A DNA stretch of 64,000 bases from Verrucomicrobiota bacterium (GCA_039815375.1 JBCBZJ010000008.1:48393-112392); one strand, 5' to 3'. Positions 52,518 to 63,508 are shown, numbered from the stretch's first letter. Notes: a model not told the origin generated them from the sequence alone. Numbers and translations are program-made.

Positions 52518-52581
52518 GAGCCCGAATGTCTATTGATAAACCTTTGCAATTTGCACACTTCATGCTTTGCTTTCAGGTGAG

Positions 52582-53214
52582 ATGGCGACTACTGGTTCAG
52601 CAACCAAATCGATTTTCCCGGCGCAGGATAGGCCTGCGTCTGATCGCGATTTGGATTGGGCCGTCGTTCAAAAGGTTCAGGCAGGTAATGTTGGTGCCTT
52701 TGATAAGCTCGTTCAGAAGTATCGGGAGCACATTTTTTCAGTCATCTACAATATGACGAGTAATCGCGAGGACGCCTCGGATTTAACTCAGGAGACCTTC
52801 ATAAAAGCTTTTCAGGCAATTGGCCGCTTCCAGGGCAAGTCCTCGTTTTTTACTTGGATTTACCGCATTGCAGTCAATACGACCATGACCTTCCTGAAGA
52901 AGCGAAATCGACGGCGCTATATCAGCTATGAAAATATCAATGAGGAAGCTTCCAGCGCAGATATTCTTGAACGTTTGACCGCAAAGAATCGCTCTGAGAA
53001 AGGCGTCTTAGTTAGCGAATTACAGGAAAAATTGAACGACGCGCTGCAAAAATTGTCTCCAAAACATAGAACTGTCGTGATTCTACATGAAATAGAAGGC
53101 CTCGAACACTCGGAAATCGCAGAGATTACCCAAGCTTCGCTGGGCACTGTGCGCTCTCGGCTACACTACGCAAAGCAGCAACTGCAGTCTTATCTGCAGG
53201 ATTATGTGAGTTAA
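52582..53214 (+). CDS. ECF sigma-70 factor (RpoE-like; ATG 52582 preferred)
   Basis: DLTQETFIKAF, FFTWIYRIAVN, GTVRSRLHYA. Confidence 0.93.
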   Translation: MATTGSATKSIFPAQDRPASDRDLDWAVVQKVQAGNVGAFDKLVQKYREHIFSVIYNMTSNREDASDLTQETFIKAFQAIGRFQGKSSFFTWIYRIAVNTTMTFLKKRNRRRYISYENINEEASSADILERLTAKNRSEKGVLVSELQEKLNDALQKLSPKHRTVVILHEIEGLEHSEIAEITQASLGTVRSRLHYAKQQLQSYLQDYVS

Positions 53215-53254
53215 TCCCCCAACCAAACGACTGATCTGTAAACGAACGAACAAA

Positions 53255-53800
53255 ATGGTAAAACCTACCAAAGACAGCCAAGCAAAAGTCAGCCTTGAGG
53301 AGCTGCTCCGTTTCAAGCGCGCCGAACGCCCAGACGAGGCATTTTGGGATCGTTTTGACGATGAGCTGCATCATCGGATGATGCAGACCCTGGTCAAAAA
53401 GGATCCTTGGCCGATTCAACTCATGCGTGGCCTTTCCGGTAAGCTTGTCCAGACTACCGCGATCGGGACTGCCGCTGCCATTCTTACCATCATGGTCATT
53501 CAGCCCGCCTTTCTCGCCACTACAGATGTGGTTCCCTCTGCGGAAGTCGCGCAAAGCACAGATGCAACACCGGAGCGTTTTTCAGATTCGACCCTCTCCG
53601 AAATTGAGACGGAACTGCTTGCCCAAACAGATTATGCAATCGAGATTTATGGCGCGGACCAGGTCGATGTGAATGCCGGTGTGACACGCGAGTTCGGGCT
53701 TGATCGTATTGAGGCGACCACCTACGACACCACTGCTTATTCTGCCGACACTGCGCTTTCCGGATTTGCTTCAACAGGATTGGCCAGCCTCGTCTACTAG
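53255..53800 (+). CDS. Single-TM protein, probable anti-sigma factor
   Basis: Directly after the ECF sigma gene; central TM; acidic C-terminal part. Confidence 0.55.
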   Translation: MVKPTKDSQAKVSLEELLRFKRAERPDEAFWDRFDDELHHRMMQTLVKKDPWPIQLMRGLSGKLVQTTAIGTAAAILTIMVIQPAFLATTDVVPSAEVAQSTDATPERFSDSTLSEIETELLAQTDYAIEIYGADQVDVNAGVTREFGLDRIEATTYDTTAYSADTALSGFASTGLASLVY

Positions 53801-53807
53801 TTGAGAG

Positions 53808-54893
53808 ATGTTCGTTCGTCTTGCTTGGTTCGCATCTCTGGTGTGTCTTTGTTCGCAATCGCTGGTCGCTGAAGCGCTCAGTGCCTTGGCTCTGCAACAA
53901 AGGCTCATTGAAGTATTTGAGCAAAACAAGGACGCAGTGGTTCGCGTCAAAGCCGCTTACAGCCAGCCCGATGTTGAGGAGGGCACCGCTAATGTTATGT
54001 TACGAGTGGGCTCAGGCTTTTTCATTAGTCGGGAAGGGCATGTCTTGGTCAGTGCCAGTCGTGCAGCCGGGGCCAATCGCGTTTGGGTTGAATATAAAGG
54101 TAAAGCCTATGCGACTGAGGCGGTCGGGCACGACCGTTTGACGAACATCTCCGTCTTGCGTGTCTTACAGCCACCTGAAAGCTTTTCCATTATCAACCTC
54201 GACACAAGCGTTCCTCAACCGGCGCTCGGTTCAATTGCCGTTGCGATTGCCTGCCCTCTGGATTTTGAGCCTTCACCCTCTATGGGCATGTTTACAGGCA
54301 AAGATAGAAAGCTCGGTAATAAGGTGTTCCCCACAGAATACATTCGCACGTCGATTTCGGTGGAAGCCGGGCAGGGGGGATGTCCTATACTAGATATCAA
54401 TGGCCGTTTTATTGGTATATCTGTTGCTTCGATCCCAGATATAGACGGGTCCTATGTTCTGCCGGTAGACGCACTGGCACGGGTTCGAGACGATCTTCTT
54501 TTTTCGGGAAAAATTATCCATAGCTGGATGGGTTTCGAAGTAAAGGGTCGCCTCAATGATCTGGACCGCACCAATGTATACCTCTCCAAAATCATCGAAG
54601 ATGCGCCTGCAGCTCGAGCGGGCCTGTTGGAAGGCGATCAGCTCCTTTCCATCGGCGGGCGTGAGATCAATGATGTGACCGACGTGCCCGGCGCAATTTT
54701 CTTTACCAGAGCTAATCAATTCACACCGATTGAAGTGATACGTGACGGTCAGCCGCTAGAACTTTCCGTTAAGACCTTACCGCGGCCGGAAAGGGAGCCC
54801 GAGATTAAGCCTACAGAAGTGAGTCAGTCAGAGCAGATCTCTGCCGATACCGCGGAAGTGGGTGAGCAGGTCTTCGAAGAGCAGCCTCAGTAA
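53808..54893 (+). CDS. HtrA/DegP-like trypsin+PDZ protein lacking the catalytic triad
   Basis: GSGFFIS, WMG...PAARAGL..GD PDZ; triad positions read S, N, G. Confidence 0.8.
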   Translation: MFVRLAWFASLVCLCSQSLVAEALSALALQQRLIEVFEQNKDAVVRVKAAYSQPDVEEGTANVMLRVGSGFFISREGHVLVSASRAAGANRVWVEYKGKAYATEAVGHDRLTNISVLRVLQPPESFSIINLDTSVPQPALGSIAVAIACPLDFEPSPSMGMFTGKDRKLGNKVFPTEYIRTSISVEAGQGGCPILDINGRFIGISVASIPDIDGSYVLPVDALARVRDDLLFSGKIIHSWMGFEVKGRLNDLDRTNVYLSKIIEDAPAARAGLLEGDQLLSIGGREINDVTDVPGAIFFTRANQFTPIEVIRDGQPLELSVKTLPRPEREPEIKPTEVSQSEQISADTAEVGEQVFEEQPQ

Positions 54894-54896
54894 GTG

Positions 54897-55988
54897 TTAC
54901 TGGTGAAGCGGTGGTTGCGCCACGTTTAGTAAAATACGATTGCCTCTCAGATCCACGTAGAGCGTTCTTTCTTTCGCGCTTGAGTCCACCAGCGCACTGC
55001 CGATTGGACTCCCACTCATCGGAGAGAGAGTGCCGGATAGCACGCTGCCTACAGTTTCGTTCCCTGCATTCAAGACGGGAGTATTCTCACGGGCAATCCG
55101 TCTGCCTTCCAGCTTGAAGTGGATAACACACTTGCCGGGGCCTTTGCTCTTTTGCTCCAAGAGAGCGACCTTACCGACAAAGTTATCCTTATCTAGTTTA
55201 ACTGTCCAACTGAGACCTGCTTCGATCGGTGAGATACTGTCGGAAAGTTCATGGCCATACAATGGCAGTCCAGCCTCCAGCCTTAAGCTATCGCGGGCAC
55301 CTAGACCGCATAGGCGGATGTTCTTGTTTTCGCCAGCCGCCAATATCCTTTCGGCCAGCTCCTCAGCATGCTCCGGAGCAACGTAAATCTCGAAACCGTC
55401 TTCTCCAGTGTAGCCGGTTCGGCAGATACGCAGCTCTGCACTACCTAAAGTCACTGAAAGGTGATTAAAGCGCTTGAGTTTAGCTGCTTCAGCTAGACCG
55501 GATGCTCCAAGTATCAATTCAGCAGCTGGTCCTTGCAGTGCAAGTAGGCAGTATTCGCTGGATTGATCTTCAATCAGAACGCCTGAGTTCCATTCTCGAG
55601 CTTGCCGATTGATCCAGTCCAAGTCCTTCTCGATATTACTGGCGTTTACGCAAATTAGGAATTCTTCCGATGAGATGCGATACACTATGAGGTCATCGAC
55701 TACGCTGCCGTCTTCGGCGCACATCGGCGAGTAGACTGCTTTCCCGGGCTTCATCGTGGCGATACGATTAACCAGTAGCCTATCCAGAAAGCCTGCTGCT
55801 TCATTGCCTGTGACAAAAAACTCACCCATATGGCTCACATCGAAGAGTCCCGCTCCCGTGCGAACTGCTTTGTGCTCCTCAAGAATACTGGTGTATTGGA
55901 CTGGCATATTCCAGCCTCCGAAATTGACGAAGCGCGCGCCGTGTCTGGAATGAAAATCGTGGAGAGGGATACTCTTGGGTTCGTTCAT
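54897..55988 (-). CDS. gcvT: Glycine cleavage system T protein
   Basis: GWNMPVQY, FDVSHMG, RTGYTGEDGFE, GLGARDSLRLEAG. Confidence 0.97.
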   Translation of the reverse strand: MNEPKSIPLHDFHSRHGARFVNFGGWNMPVQYTSILEEHKAVRTGAGLFDVSHMGEFFVTGNEAAGFLDRLLVNRIATMKPGKAVYSPMCAEDGSVVDDLIVYRISSEEFLICVNASNIEKDLDWINRQAREWNSGVLIEDQSSEYCLLALQGPAAELILGASGLAEAAKLKRFNHLSVTLGSAELRICRTGYTGEDGFEIYVAPEHAEELAERILAAGENKNIRLCGLGARDSLRLEAGLPLYGHELSDSISPIEAGLSWTVKLDKDNFVGKVALLEQKSKGPGKCVIHFKLEGRRIARENTPVLNAGNETVGSVLSGTLSPMSGSPIGSALVDSSAKERTLYVDLRGNRILLNVAQPPLHQ

Positions 55989-56116
55989 ACGGGCTATTTT
56001 AAAAGTAGCTGAATTGTCACAAAGATACTTGCGAAGCAGTAGCTGATTAATTGGCTAAGATCGGAACGGGGCACAAGTTCCGAACACATGTTTTGCACAA
56101 AACACCTACTTAATAA

Positions 56117-59077
56117 ATGGAACCTTCAACAGCTGACCTAAGAGAACAAGCCCGTCACTACATCCCTGCAGAGGATTTTGAAACACGTGAGATGCTTGAC
56201 TCGGTAGGCAAGGCAGAGCTGAAGGATCTCTTCGATCATATCCCCGGAGACGTGCTTTTTTCAGATGCGCCGCAATTACCTGAAGAGTTGAGTTACGAAG
56301 ACTTGAAGGAAAAGTTAAGGGAGATCTCCGCGTTGAATCGGTCAGGCACCAGCTTTCTGGGAGACGGTCTGGTCGATCTGGAGCCATCGCCCGTCATAGG
56401 CCCGGTCTGTGAGATTCGGAACCTGACGACGGCCTATACGCCCTACCAACCGGAATTAAGCCAAGGGACGCTGATCGCTCACTGGATTTATCAGTGCTCA
56501 ATGGCCCGCTTGACTGGATTTGAGGCGGTCAACGCATCACTTTACGATCGTTCGAGTTCAATCTTTGAAGGTATTTGTGCCGCCATCCGCATGAGTCGGG
56601 GAACGAATACTGCAATCGTTCCGGAGACACTTTATCCAGGTGATCTCGAAGTCCTTGAAACGCTTGCCGAAGGCACCAGTATCAAGCTCTGTAAAGTCCC
56701 TGCTGATGCCAATACGGGCTGTATCGACTCGATTGCATTGCAAAAAGCGATTGATGATTGCGGCGAAAAACTGGCCGCGATTGTCTTCCCTCAAGTCAAT
56801 ACATTTGGGCTTATTGAGGATGTTGATTCCTTGACCGAGACGGCTGCATTGGTCGGCGCGAAATCCATAGCCGTAATCGATCCTCTTTTGCTGGGTCCGG
56901 GTGGACTTAAGCCGCCATCCGAATTTGGGAAGAATGGTGTCGATATTATCGTTGGTGAAGCCCATCATTTGGCTCTAGCTCCAAATTTTGGAGGGCCCGG
57001 ATTGGGACTCTTCGGAGTTCGCTTTTCACAGAAGGATCGCAACGGTGTGCGTGCCGCTCCGGGTCGTTTTATTGGTAAGGCGCGTGACTGTTCAGGCCGG
57101 GATTGCCGTGTCGGGGTCCTTTCGACCCGCGAGCAGCACATCCGTAAAGACAAGGCCACTTCTAATATCTGCTCGAATCAGGCCTTCATTGCAACGCTTG
57201 TCGGAGCCGCATTACTCGAGCGTGGCGACGGTGGCCTCGAGAAGATTCTTGAAGAGATTCGAACTAAGTTAACGTCTGCAGTGGATGCATTGACCCAGTT
57301 TGAGGGCGTGGAAGTTGCCTTTCCTGGATCTATAAGTTACCATGAAGTGACATTAGAGCTAAGCAAACCAGTGCCCGAAGTTCTCGATGCAGCCCATACT
57401 GCTGGAATACTTGCGGGAGCCAATGTTTCCTGCCGTCTCGGGGGAAACAGGAACTTACTCAAGCTCTCATTTGGCAATCGCGAGCAGTCCCTTGAAGGCC
57501 TGCTGGCTCTATTTGAAACAATCTTTGAGCGTGGTAAGAGTTATGAAACCAGCATTAAGTCACCAATTAGAGATAAAAACATGCGGACATCTGTTCCCGG
57601 CCTGCCAAGTCATACCGCTGAGGAAGTGATTTCCTATTATCAGAAACTGGGTGAGCTCAACGTCAGTCCGGATGATGGCTGCTATCCACTTGGTTCATGC
57701 ACCATGAAATACAATCCGAAGGTAAATGATTGGGCTGCCGGCCTTGCCGGATTCACGGATTTGCATCCTCAGGCTCCAATCGACGATGCCCAGGGTAGTC
57801 TGTATTTACTTCATGAGATTCAGGAATGGTTCAAGGCGATTACGGGATTGCCGGGAGTGACGACTCAACCGCTCGCAGGAGCGCAGGGCGAGTTGGTCGG
57901 GCTAAAGCTGTTCCAGGCATACCATCGAGACCGGGGGGAGAAGCGTGATGTCATCCTAATTCCTCGTTCTGCACATGGAACGAATTTCGCAACCGCTACG
58001 ATGGCTGGTTTTACAGGCAAGCTAGGTAAGATCGTCTACCTTGAGGCTGATACGGAGGGGCGTGTATTAAATGAAGATCTAGACCTCCGGATCGAGGAGT
58101 ATGGCGACCGTATTGCGGGCGTCATGATTACGAATCCAAACACGTCCGGTATTTTCGAAACCTCGTTCAAGGAAATCGCCGAGAAAATCCATGCAGTGGG
58201 TGGCCTCGTTTACATGGATGGCGCGAATATGAATGCGATTGCGGGTTGGGTCGACCTTGGTGCTCTCGGTGTCGACGCCGTGCACAACAATTTACACAAG
58301 ACTTGGACGATTCCTCATGGTGGCGGCGGTCCGGGAGATGCCATGGTGGCTGTTAGTGAAAAGCTACTGCCTTATTTGCCCGGCTATCAGATTTTAAAAG
58401 AAGGAGAGAGGTATCTTCCTGTGAAGCCTGAAAAGTCGATCGGCTCCTTCCACCGTCACTGGGGCAACTTCGCGCATAAGGTGCGTTGTTACACCTATCT
58501 ACTTCGTCTCGGACGTGAGGGCGTTCGCCGTATGTCGGCAATGGCTGTTCTCAGCGCACGATATACCCAGCAGCAACTCGACAAGGAATACGCCCTTTTA
58601 CCGGTTGGTGCGGATGCGGAGCCACGTATGCACGAGTTTATTATTACGCTTAAAGAAGAAGACTACACCCATTTGGAGTCTGTCGGGCTTCGCAAGGCCG
58701 ATTCAGCGCCCCGCATTGGAAAGCTCTTCCTCGATTTCGGTTTTCATGCGCCAACTGTGGCTTGGCCGGAGCCCCTTGGCTTGATGATTGAGCCAACGGA
58801 AAGCTACACCAAAGCGGAACTGGACCGTTTCGCTGATGCGGTCAAAGCGATTCTTCGGCTGATTCGTGAGCACCCAAGGGTGCTTCTATCTGCGCCGCAC
58901 TTCACGCCGATTGACCGCGTTGAGGAAGTCGAAGCGAATCGTGACGTGTGCCTCTCCGAGTCACTCGATGAGCTGCCAAAACTAAATTTTCCACGTATCT
59001 CCACGCGAGAACTGGCCAAGATGCCGGTCGAAGTAATTTACCAGAAGATTGTTGAAGCGACTCTGGAGGTTGCGTAA
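56117..59077 (+). CDS. gcvP: Glycine dehydrogenase P protein, single chain resembling fused GcvPA+GcvPB
   Basis: TAYTPYQPE, REQHIRKDKATSNIC, PLGSCTMKYNP, LHKTWTIPHGGGGPG. Confidence 0.93.
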   Translation: MEPSTADLREQARHYIPAEDFETREMLDSVGKAELKDLFDHIPGDVLFSDAPQLPEELSYEDLKEKLREISALNRSGTSFLGDGLVDLEPSPVIGPVCEIRNLTTAYTPYQPELSQGTLIAHWIYQCSMARLTGFEAVNASLYDRSSSIFEGICAAIRMSRGTNTAIVPETLYPGDLEVLETLAEGTSIKLCKVPADANTGCIDSIALQKAIDDCGEKLAAIVFPQVNTFGLIEDVDSLTETAALVGAKSIAVIDPLLLGPGGLKPPSEFGKNGVDIIVGEAHHLALAPNFGGPGLGLFGVRFSQKDRNGVRAAPGRFIGKARDCSGRDCRVGVLSTREQHIRKDKATSNICSNQAFIATLVGAALLERGDGGLEKILEEIRTKLTSAVDALTQFEGVEVAFPGSISYHEVTLELSKPVPEVLDAAHTAGILAGANVSCRLGGNRNLLKLSFGNREQSLEGLLALFETIFERGKSYETSIKSPIRDKNMRTSVPGLPSHTAEEVISYYQKLGELNVSPDDGCYPLGSCTMKYNPKVNDWAAGLAGFTDLHPQAPIDDAQGSLYLLHEIQEWFKAITGLPGVTTQPLAGAQGELVGLKLFQAYHRDRGEKRDVILIPRSAHGTNFATATMAGFTGKLGKIVYLEADTEGRVLNEDLDLRIEEYGDRIAGVMITNPNTSGIFETSFKEIAEKIHAVGGLVYMDGANMNAIAGWVDLGALGVDAVHNNLHKTWTIPHGGGGPGDAMVAVSEKLLPYLPGYQILKEGERYLPVKPEKSIGSFHRHWGNFAHKVRCYTYLLRLGREGVRRMSAMAVLSARYTQQQLDKEYALLPVGADAEPRMHEFIITLKEEDYTHLESVGLRKADSAPRIGKLFLDFGFHAPTVAWPEPLGLMIEPTESYTKAELDRFADAVKAILRLIREHPRVLLSAPHFTPIDRVEEVEANRDVCLSESLDELPKLNFPRISTRELAKMPVEVIYQKIVEATLEVA

Positions 59078-59089
59078 GGCTTTCTTCAG

Positions 59090-59710
59090 ATGATCGCTGC
59101 TTTCTTTATTGTTCTCATTGGTGGGATCGCGGTGCTCTACTGGATTATCTTGCGCAATTCTTCGCAAAAAATACATCACCAGTATCAGCAGTTTTCGGAA
59201 AAGCTTGAGCTGGAGTTAAACGCACCCTCACCCGGAATGGGCGGGTTCATCAGGCCCGAACCCTCTGTCTACGGTGATTATCAAGGGCGCGAGCTATCCA
59301 TATCTGTCCCCGGTAAAGGCCTTCAGAATACCCGCCAGATCGAGACCGTGCTGAAGCTGGAGTTGAATGATAAAGCCCTTGCAGCCCAACTTACCGGAAC
59401 CGGCCTGCTGGGTGGCTTTCGCCAGCGTGATAGTGGCCGCATGGCCCGTTGGAAGAGTGGCGATGAGGCCTTTGATGCCGCAGTCGATGTGCGGACCAAT
59501 CGCGCGGATCTTTTCACCCACACAATTGGAGCAGACCTGCGCAAACCGCTTATGGATCTCCTCAAGGCAGGTAAGGGAAGTATCTACATCGGCGGTGGCG
59601 TGATTGCCTACGCCGAGCTTGGTTTGATCGCGAACGATATGGTCCGTGAGCGTTTCGAGTCAGTTTTGATTTTACTCCTAAGCTTGGCCCAGGCGATTGA
59701 AGCATCTTAA
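59090..59710 (+). CDS. Hypothetical protein with N-terminal membrane anchor
   Basis: 206-aa ORF, co-oriented, starting 13 bp after gcvP ends. Confidence 0.7.
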   Translation: MIAAFFIVLIGGIAVLYWIILRNSSQKIHHQYQQFSEKLELELNAPSPGMGGFIRPEPSVYGDYQGRELSISVPGKGLQNTRQIETVLKLELNDKALAAQLTGTGLLGGFRQRDSGRMARWKSGDEAFDAAVDVRTNRADLFTHTIGADLRKPLMDLLKAGKGSIYIGGGVIAYAELGLIANDMVRERFESVLILLLSLAQAIEAS

Positions 59711-59775
59711 TCGTCCCTTTTTGGAAATTGCCGAGAAAGTTTCTAATAAACCGAGGCTTCATACGTCTTACTATT

Positions 59776-61266
59776 ATGAAACAGCTATCCCTACTTACAA
59801 TTGCTACTTCTCTCTTCACCGTTTGTCTTACTGCTGGACCGAGAGATGCGAAGGAGGCATCCGGTCCTGCAATTACAGTTTACAACCAGAACTTTGGTGT
59901 GGTCCGCGATACGGTGCCGCTCGATCTCGACAAGGGAATCAGCGATGCCAGCTATAGCGGGGTTACCGCTCAACTGGAGCCTGAATCTGTTGTCCTCCGA
60001 GATCCTTCGGGAAAGATCGAACTCAGCATTGTCGAGCAAAGCTACCGTGGTGACCCGGTCGATCAAATGGGCCTGCTCCAGATGTTTGAAGGAAAGACGA
60101 TTCAGTTCCAGAAGACGCGGTATGACAAAGACATTGTTTTCGATGGCCGCATTATCCGGGCACCAAAGTTTGTCATGGCAAAGAACCAACACGGAGGCCT
60201 ATACCAGAAAGCTCTGGAACCCATCATCGAAGTGGATGGCCAGCTTATCACAAATTTGCCGGGTACGCCACTTTTCCCGAGTCTCGGCGATGATTCCATT
60301 CTCGAACCAACCATCAGCTGGAAGCTGTTTACCAGCAAGAAGGCATCACTGGACGCCCAACTCAGTTACCTGACCAATGGGATGTCCTGGAAATCCGATT
60401 ACAACCTTGTGCTACCCGAGGAGGGAGACGAAGTCACCATGACCGGTTGGGTCTCGATTGAGAACAATACTGGCACGTCCTTTGAAAATGCCAGGATCAA
60501 GCTCATTGCTGGGGATGTGAACAAGGAAAAGACCGGTCCGCTCGACCCGTTCGGCGGGAACGTGTCAATGCTGGCCAGGGGGGCTATGGCCGAAGCGGCC
60601 GCTCCCGAAGTTGAAGCGAAGAAGTTCGATGAATTCCATATGTATTCGCTGCCACTGGCCACGACTTTGCGCGATCGCGAGACCAAGCAGGTTGAGTTTG
60701 TCCGTTCCGAGAAGGTCGAAACGAAGAAGCTTTACATCTACAACGGCAGTGGCGGCCTGCGTTACTACGGCGGACGCAACACCAACCAGAATTATGGGCA
60801 GAATTCAAACCCCGACGTAGCAATCTACCGTGAGTTCAAAAACAACGAGCAGAACGGACTCGGCCTGGCCCTGCCTGCCGGCAAGACCCGGTTCTACCGG
60901 ATGGACAGCGATGGCCAGCTCGAATTCACCGGTGAAAACACCATCGACCACACCCCGAAAAACGAAACCATCCGTGTCCATCTCGGCAACGCCTTCGATC
61001 TCGTTGGTGAACGCACCCGCACCGACTTCTACAAGCACCCCAGCCGCGACCTGATGCGCGAGACCTTCGAGATCGAGATTCGTAACCGCAGTGAAGAGGA
61101 AGTCACCGTGCAGGTCGTCGAGCCCCTCTACCGCTGGTCCAACTGGGAGATCCAAAAGCCCAGCCACGATTACGAGAAAACCGATTCCCAGACGATTGAG
61201 TTCCCTCTCACCGTCGGACCCGACCAGACCGAAACCGTGACCTACACGGTCGAATACACTTGGTAG
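59776..61266 (+). CDS. Secreted DUF4139-type protein (ATG 59776 preferred)
   Basis: Signal peptide, [31 protein letters not shown]. Confidence 0.8.
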   Translation: MKQLSLLTIATSLFTVCLTAGPRDAKEASGPAITVYNQNFGVVRDTVPLDLDKGISDASYSGVTAQLEPESVVLRDPSGKIELSIVEQSYRGDPVDQMGLLQMFEGKTIQFQKTRYDKDIVFDGRIIRAPKFVMAKNQHGGLYQKALEPIIEVDGQLITNLPGTPLFPSLGDDSILEPTISWKLFTSKKASLDAQLSYLTNGMSWKSDYNLVLPEEGDEVTMTGWVSIENNTGTSFENARIKLIAGDVNKEKTGPLDPFGGNVSMLARGAMAEAAAPEVEAKKFDEFHMYSLPLATTLRDRETKQVEFVRSEKVETKKLYIYNGSGGLRYYGGRNTNQNYGQNSNPDVAIYREFKNNEQNGLGLALPAGKTRFYRMDSDGQLEFTGENTIDHTPKNETIRVHLGNAFDLVGERTRTDFYKHPSRDLMRETFEIEIRNRSEEEVTVQVVEPLYRWSNWEIQKPSHDYEKTDSQTIEFPLTVGPDQTETVTYTVEYTW

Positions 61267-61346
61267 TGCTAGCGTTCCTGCATTCTTCTTTTCGCAGGTA
61301 CATTGCTACAGGTAGAGCTAATCCCAAGATTGGCTAGAGTGGTTGG

Positions 61347-61520
61347 CTAGCCTTGGCGACAGTCGGCTACTCGGATTACTAATAGGAATTTGCTTTTTGA
61401 GCTCTTTTGTAATCTCGATTCACCGGAATTGGATGAATCAGAACTAGCATCAAAGTAGTAGGCGGTGCCAATGCTGGAGAGCCAAATGAAAAAGAGGAGA
61501 AGAAACTTCCAGAGCTTCAT
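61347..61520 (-). pseudogene. Possible truncated N-terminus of a secreted or membrane protein
   Basis: MKLWKFLLLFFIWLSSIGTAYYF followed by a Ser-rich linker and an early stop. Confidence 0.3.
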
Positions 61521-61848
61521 AACAGCCAAGCAGTCGGGAAAAGTTTCGCTAGTTAAGGTTTCTGAGCGAAACCTCATTTGTGCGACCGCTTAAGTCCTCT
61601 TTAAATGTGGATTGAGGCGGTAAGAAGGCTTTTCGCAAGCAGGGTGTTAGTTTGATTAGGCACACTAAAACTGACAGTTTTACAGCTTTCGATAGCAGAT
61701 GTAAATTTGGAGTCGCTATCTAAGCGCGACGAGCCTCCGTCTTTGCTAGCCCGCAGGGTCTTTGTAGGTTTATGAGATCCCCCCAGTTATCACATTGAGT
61801 CTCCCCTAGGAGGAACTAGAGGATTTTCAGACGATCCTCTTGTGACCT

Positions 61849-62973
61849 TTAGGGCGACGGCGACGTGAAGACTCCCATCGAGATGTCGCCCTGCTCAACT
61901 TGCAAAGTCACATTCCCTTGGAAATTAGTATCATGATAAACCTCAAGCTGATTGCTGGTCGGATCTACAACTGCCGCATCTATTTGTCCGTCTGGCGTGG
62001 TCAATTTATCCGGATACCCTTGTGCCGAAAGAGATAGCCAACCGGCACCATCAAAGCCGAGAAAGCTGCTCCCATCGAAGCGGATTGCACCAGCCTGCGT
62101 ATTGAGCAGCTCATCAACAACCGATTCATAATCACCGACGGTGACAACTCCTTGAGTATAAATGTTGCCATCTACACCGAAAGAACCATCGATGACTTCT
62201 ACTGGCATATTTTCCGTTCCTGAGGCTAATTCGCTTATTTCACCTGTGGTCAGAACGCGATCATAGATACGGAGTTCCATGATCTTCATATTTACAGATT
62301 TTCCTCCATTATCTGCTCCAATCTTAAGAGTCGTAGTAGCTTTAGGAAGAACGCCGGTATTATTGTCAGAGGAGACAAGATTGCCATTTACATAGAATCT
62401 GAAGTGACCACTTCCTCCGGTTGGGTGTGTGATCAAGGTCCAAGCCACATGATACCAGACGCCTTCGCTTGGTAGGCTATCATTATCAGAAAGAAAATTT
62501 TCTTGTGCGGTTCCGCTGCCGTTTAGCATCACCGCTCTTAATCTATTTACAGGTGATCCAGACGAAGTTTGCCTTAATAGACTTTTGATTCCTGGCGTAT
62601 CTCCTAATATCGGCTGTAAACTGGGGGAACCAGAGCGCCCGACTCGATCATCAAACTGGACCCATAGAGACCCTGAGCTTACGAAATCTGATTCCCCATT
62701 ACTTGAACGATATTCGAGAGGGATATTGACAAGTACATACCCGTTTGTGTCTCCGTAGGCAGTCTGGAGGACCTGACCACTGCCTGCCGGATTACTTACG
62801 AAACTCACATTCGACTGAGGAACACCGTGTAACCCATTGCCGCTGTAGTCGAGGGCATCACCATTTAGAGGCCAATATCCAACGAGGCCTTGATTTACAT
62901 CTGCATAAGTAGCGAGAAATGGTGTTAGAATGCCGAAGAGACCTAACGTGACTTTTTTGCTTAAAACCTTCAT
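61849..62973 (-). CDS. Secreted LamG (concanavalin-like) domain protein
   Basis: Signal peptide, GLVGYWPLNGDALDYSGNG, WYHVAWT, FYVNG, ELRIYDRVLT..EI. Confidence 0.88.
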   Translation of the reverse strand: MKVLSKKVTLGLFGILTPFLATYADVNQGLVGYWPLNGDALDYSGNGLHGVPQSNVSFVSNPAGSGQVLQTAYGDTNGYVLVNIPLEYRSSNGESDFVSSGSLWVQFDDRVGRSGSPSLQPILGDTPGIKSLLRQTSSGSPVNRLRAVMLNGSGTAQENFLSDNDSLPSEGVWYHVAWTLITHPTGGSGHFRFYVNGNLVSSDNNTGVLPKATTTLKIGADNGGKSVNMKIMELRIYDRVLTTGEISELASGTENMPVEVIDGSFGVDGNIYTQGVVTVGDYESVVDELLNTQAGAIRFDGSSFLGFDGAGWLSLSAQGYPDKLTTPDGQIDAAVVDPTSNQLEVYHDTNFQGNVTLQVEQGDISMGVFTSPSP

Positions 62974-63117
62974 TAATGGAATATCGCTGAAACTTAACTT
63001 CTAGTATGGACGAAGACGCCTATAAAACTAAATAACAAGCTTTTGGAGGCTTCAATGCTTTTTTAAATCAACATATCTTATTTTGAATGTTGTAGCCTCT
63101 TCTCTTTGTTCTAATTG

Positions 63118-63480
63118 CTATCGCCCTTCTTTCTTACAGTGAAGGGAAAACGTTGAAACATGCGGTTCGTAATTATATTTAGAAGACCTTAATAGATTTT
63201 CGTTTCTTACACGGTCCGTGTCTAAGTAATAACCTATTTGATTAGCAATTTCCGGAAATTGTTTAGTAAAATCATCTGTCTCTGCAGTATCCCCTACGCT
63301 TTCGGTGATCTTGCGGTCCAGATTTTAGCGTAACTGCGCTTCATTTAAACGAATGATGTTATCTTCATACGGTTCGAAGGAGTAGTAGTGCTTTTATCCG
63401 AATTTTGCGGAGCTATCGAATACAGGCTGGCTGACGTCGTTTTCAGGCTTGTTGTGATTGCCTGAGTAAGAGACAATAAT
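63118..63480 (-). pseudogene. Possible decayed gene (about 120 codons, two in-frame TAA)
   Basis: Protein-like frame with stops only at 63394-63396 and 63325-63327 in AT-rich DNA. Confidence 0.3.
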
Positions 63481-63508
63481 TTTTGCCAGACTGGTCCTAG
63501 CAAAAAGC

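Noticed and set aside
55989..56116. Glycine riboswitch between gcvT and gcvP
   Set aside because: Too short and lacks the conserved aptamer motifs; only a 7-bp hairpin at 56061-56083
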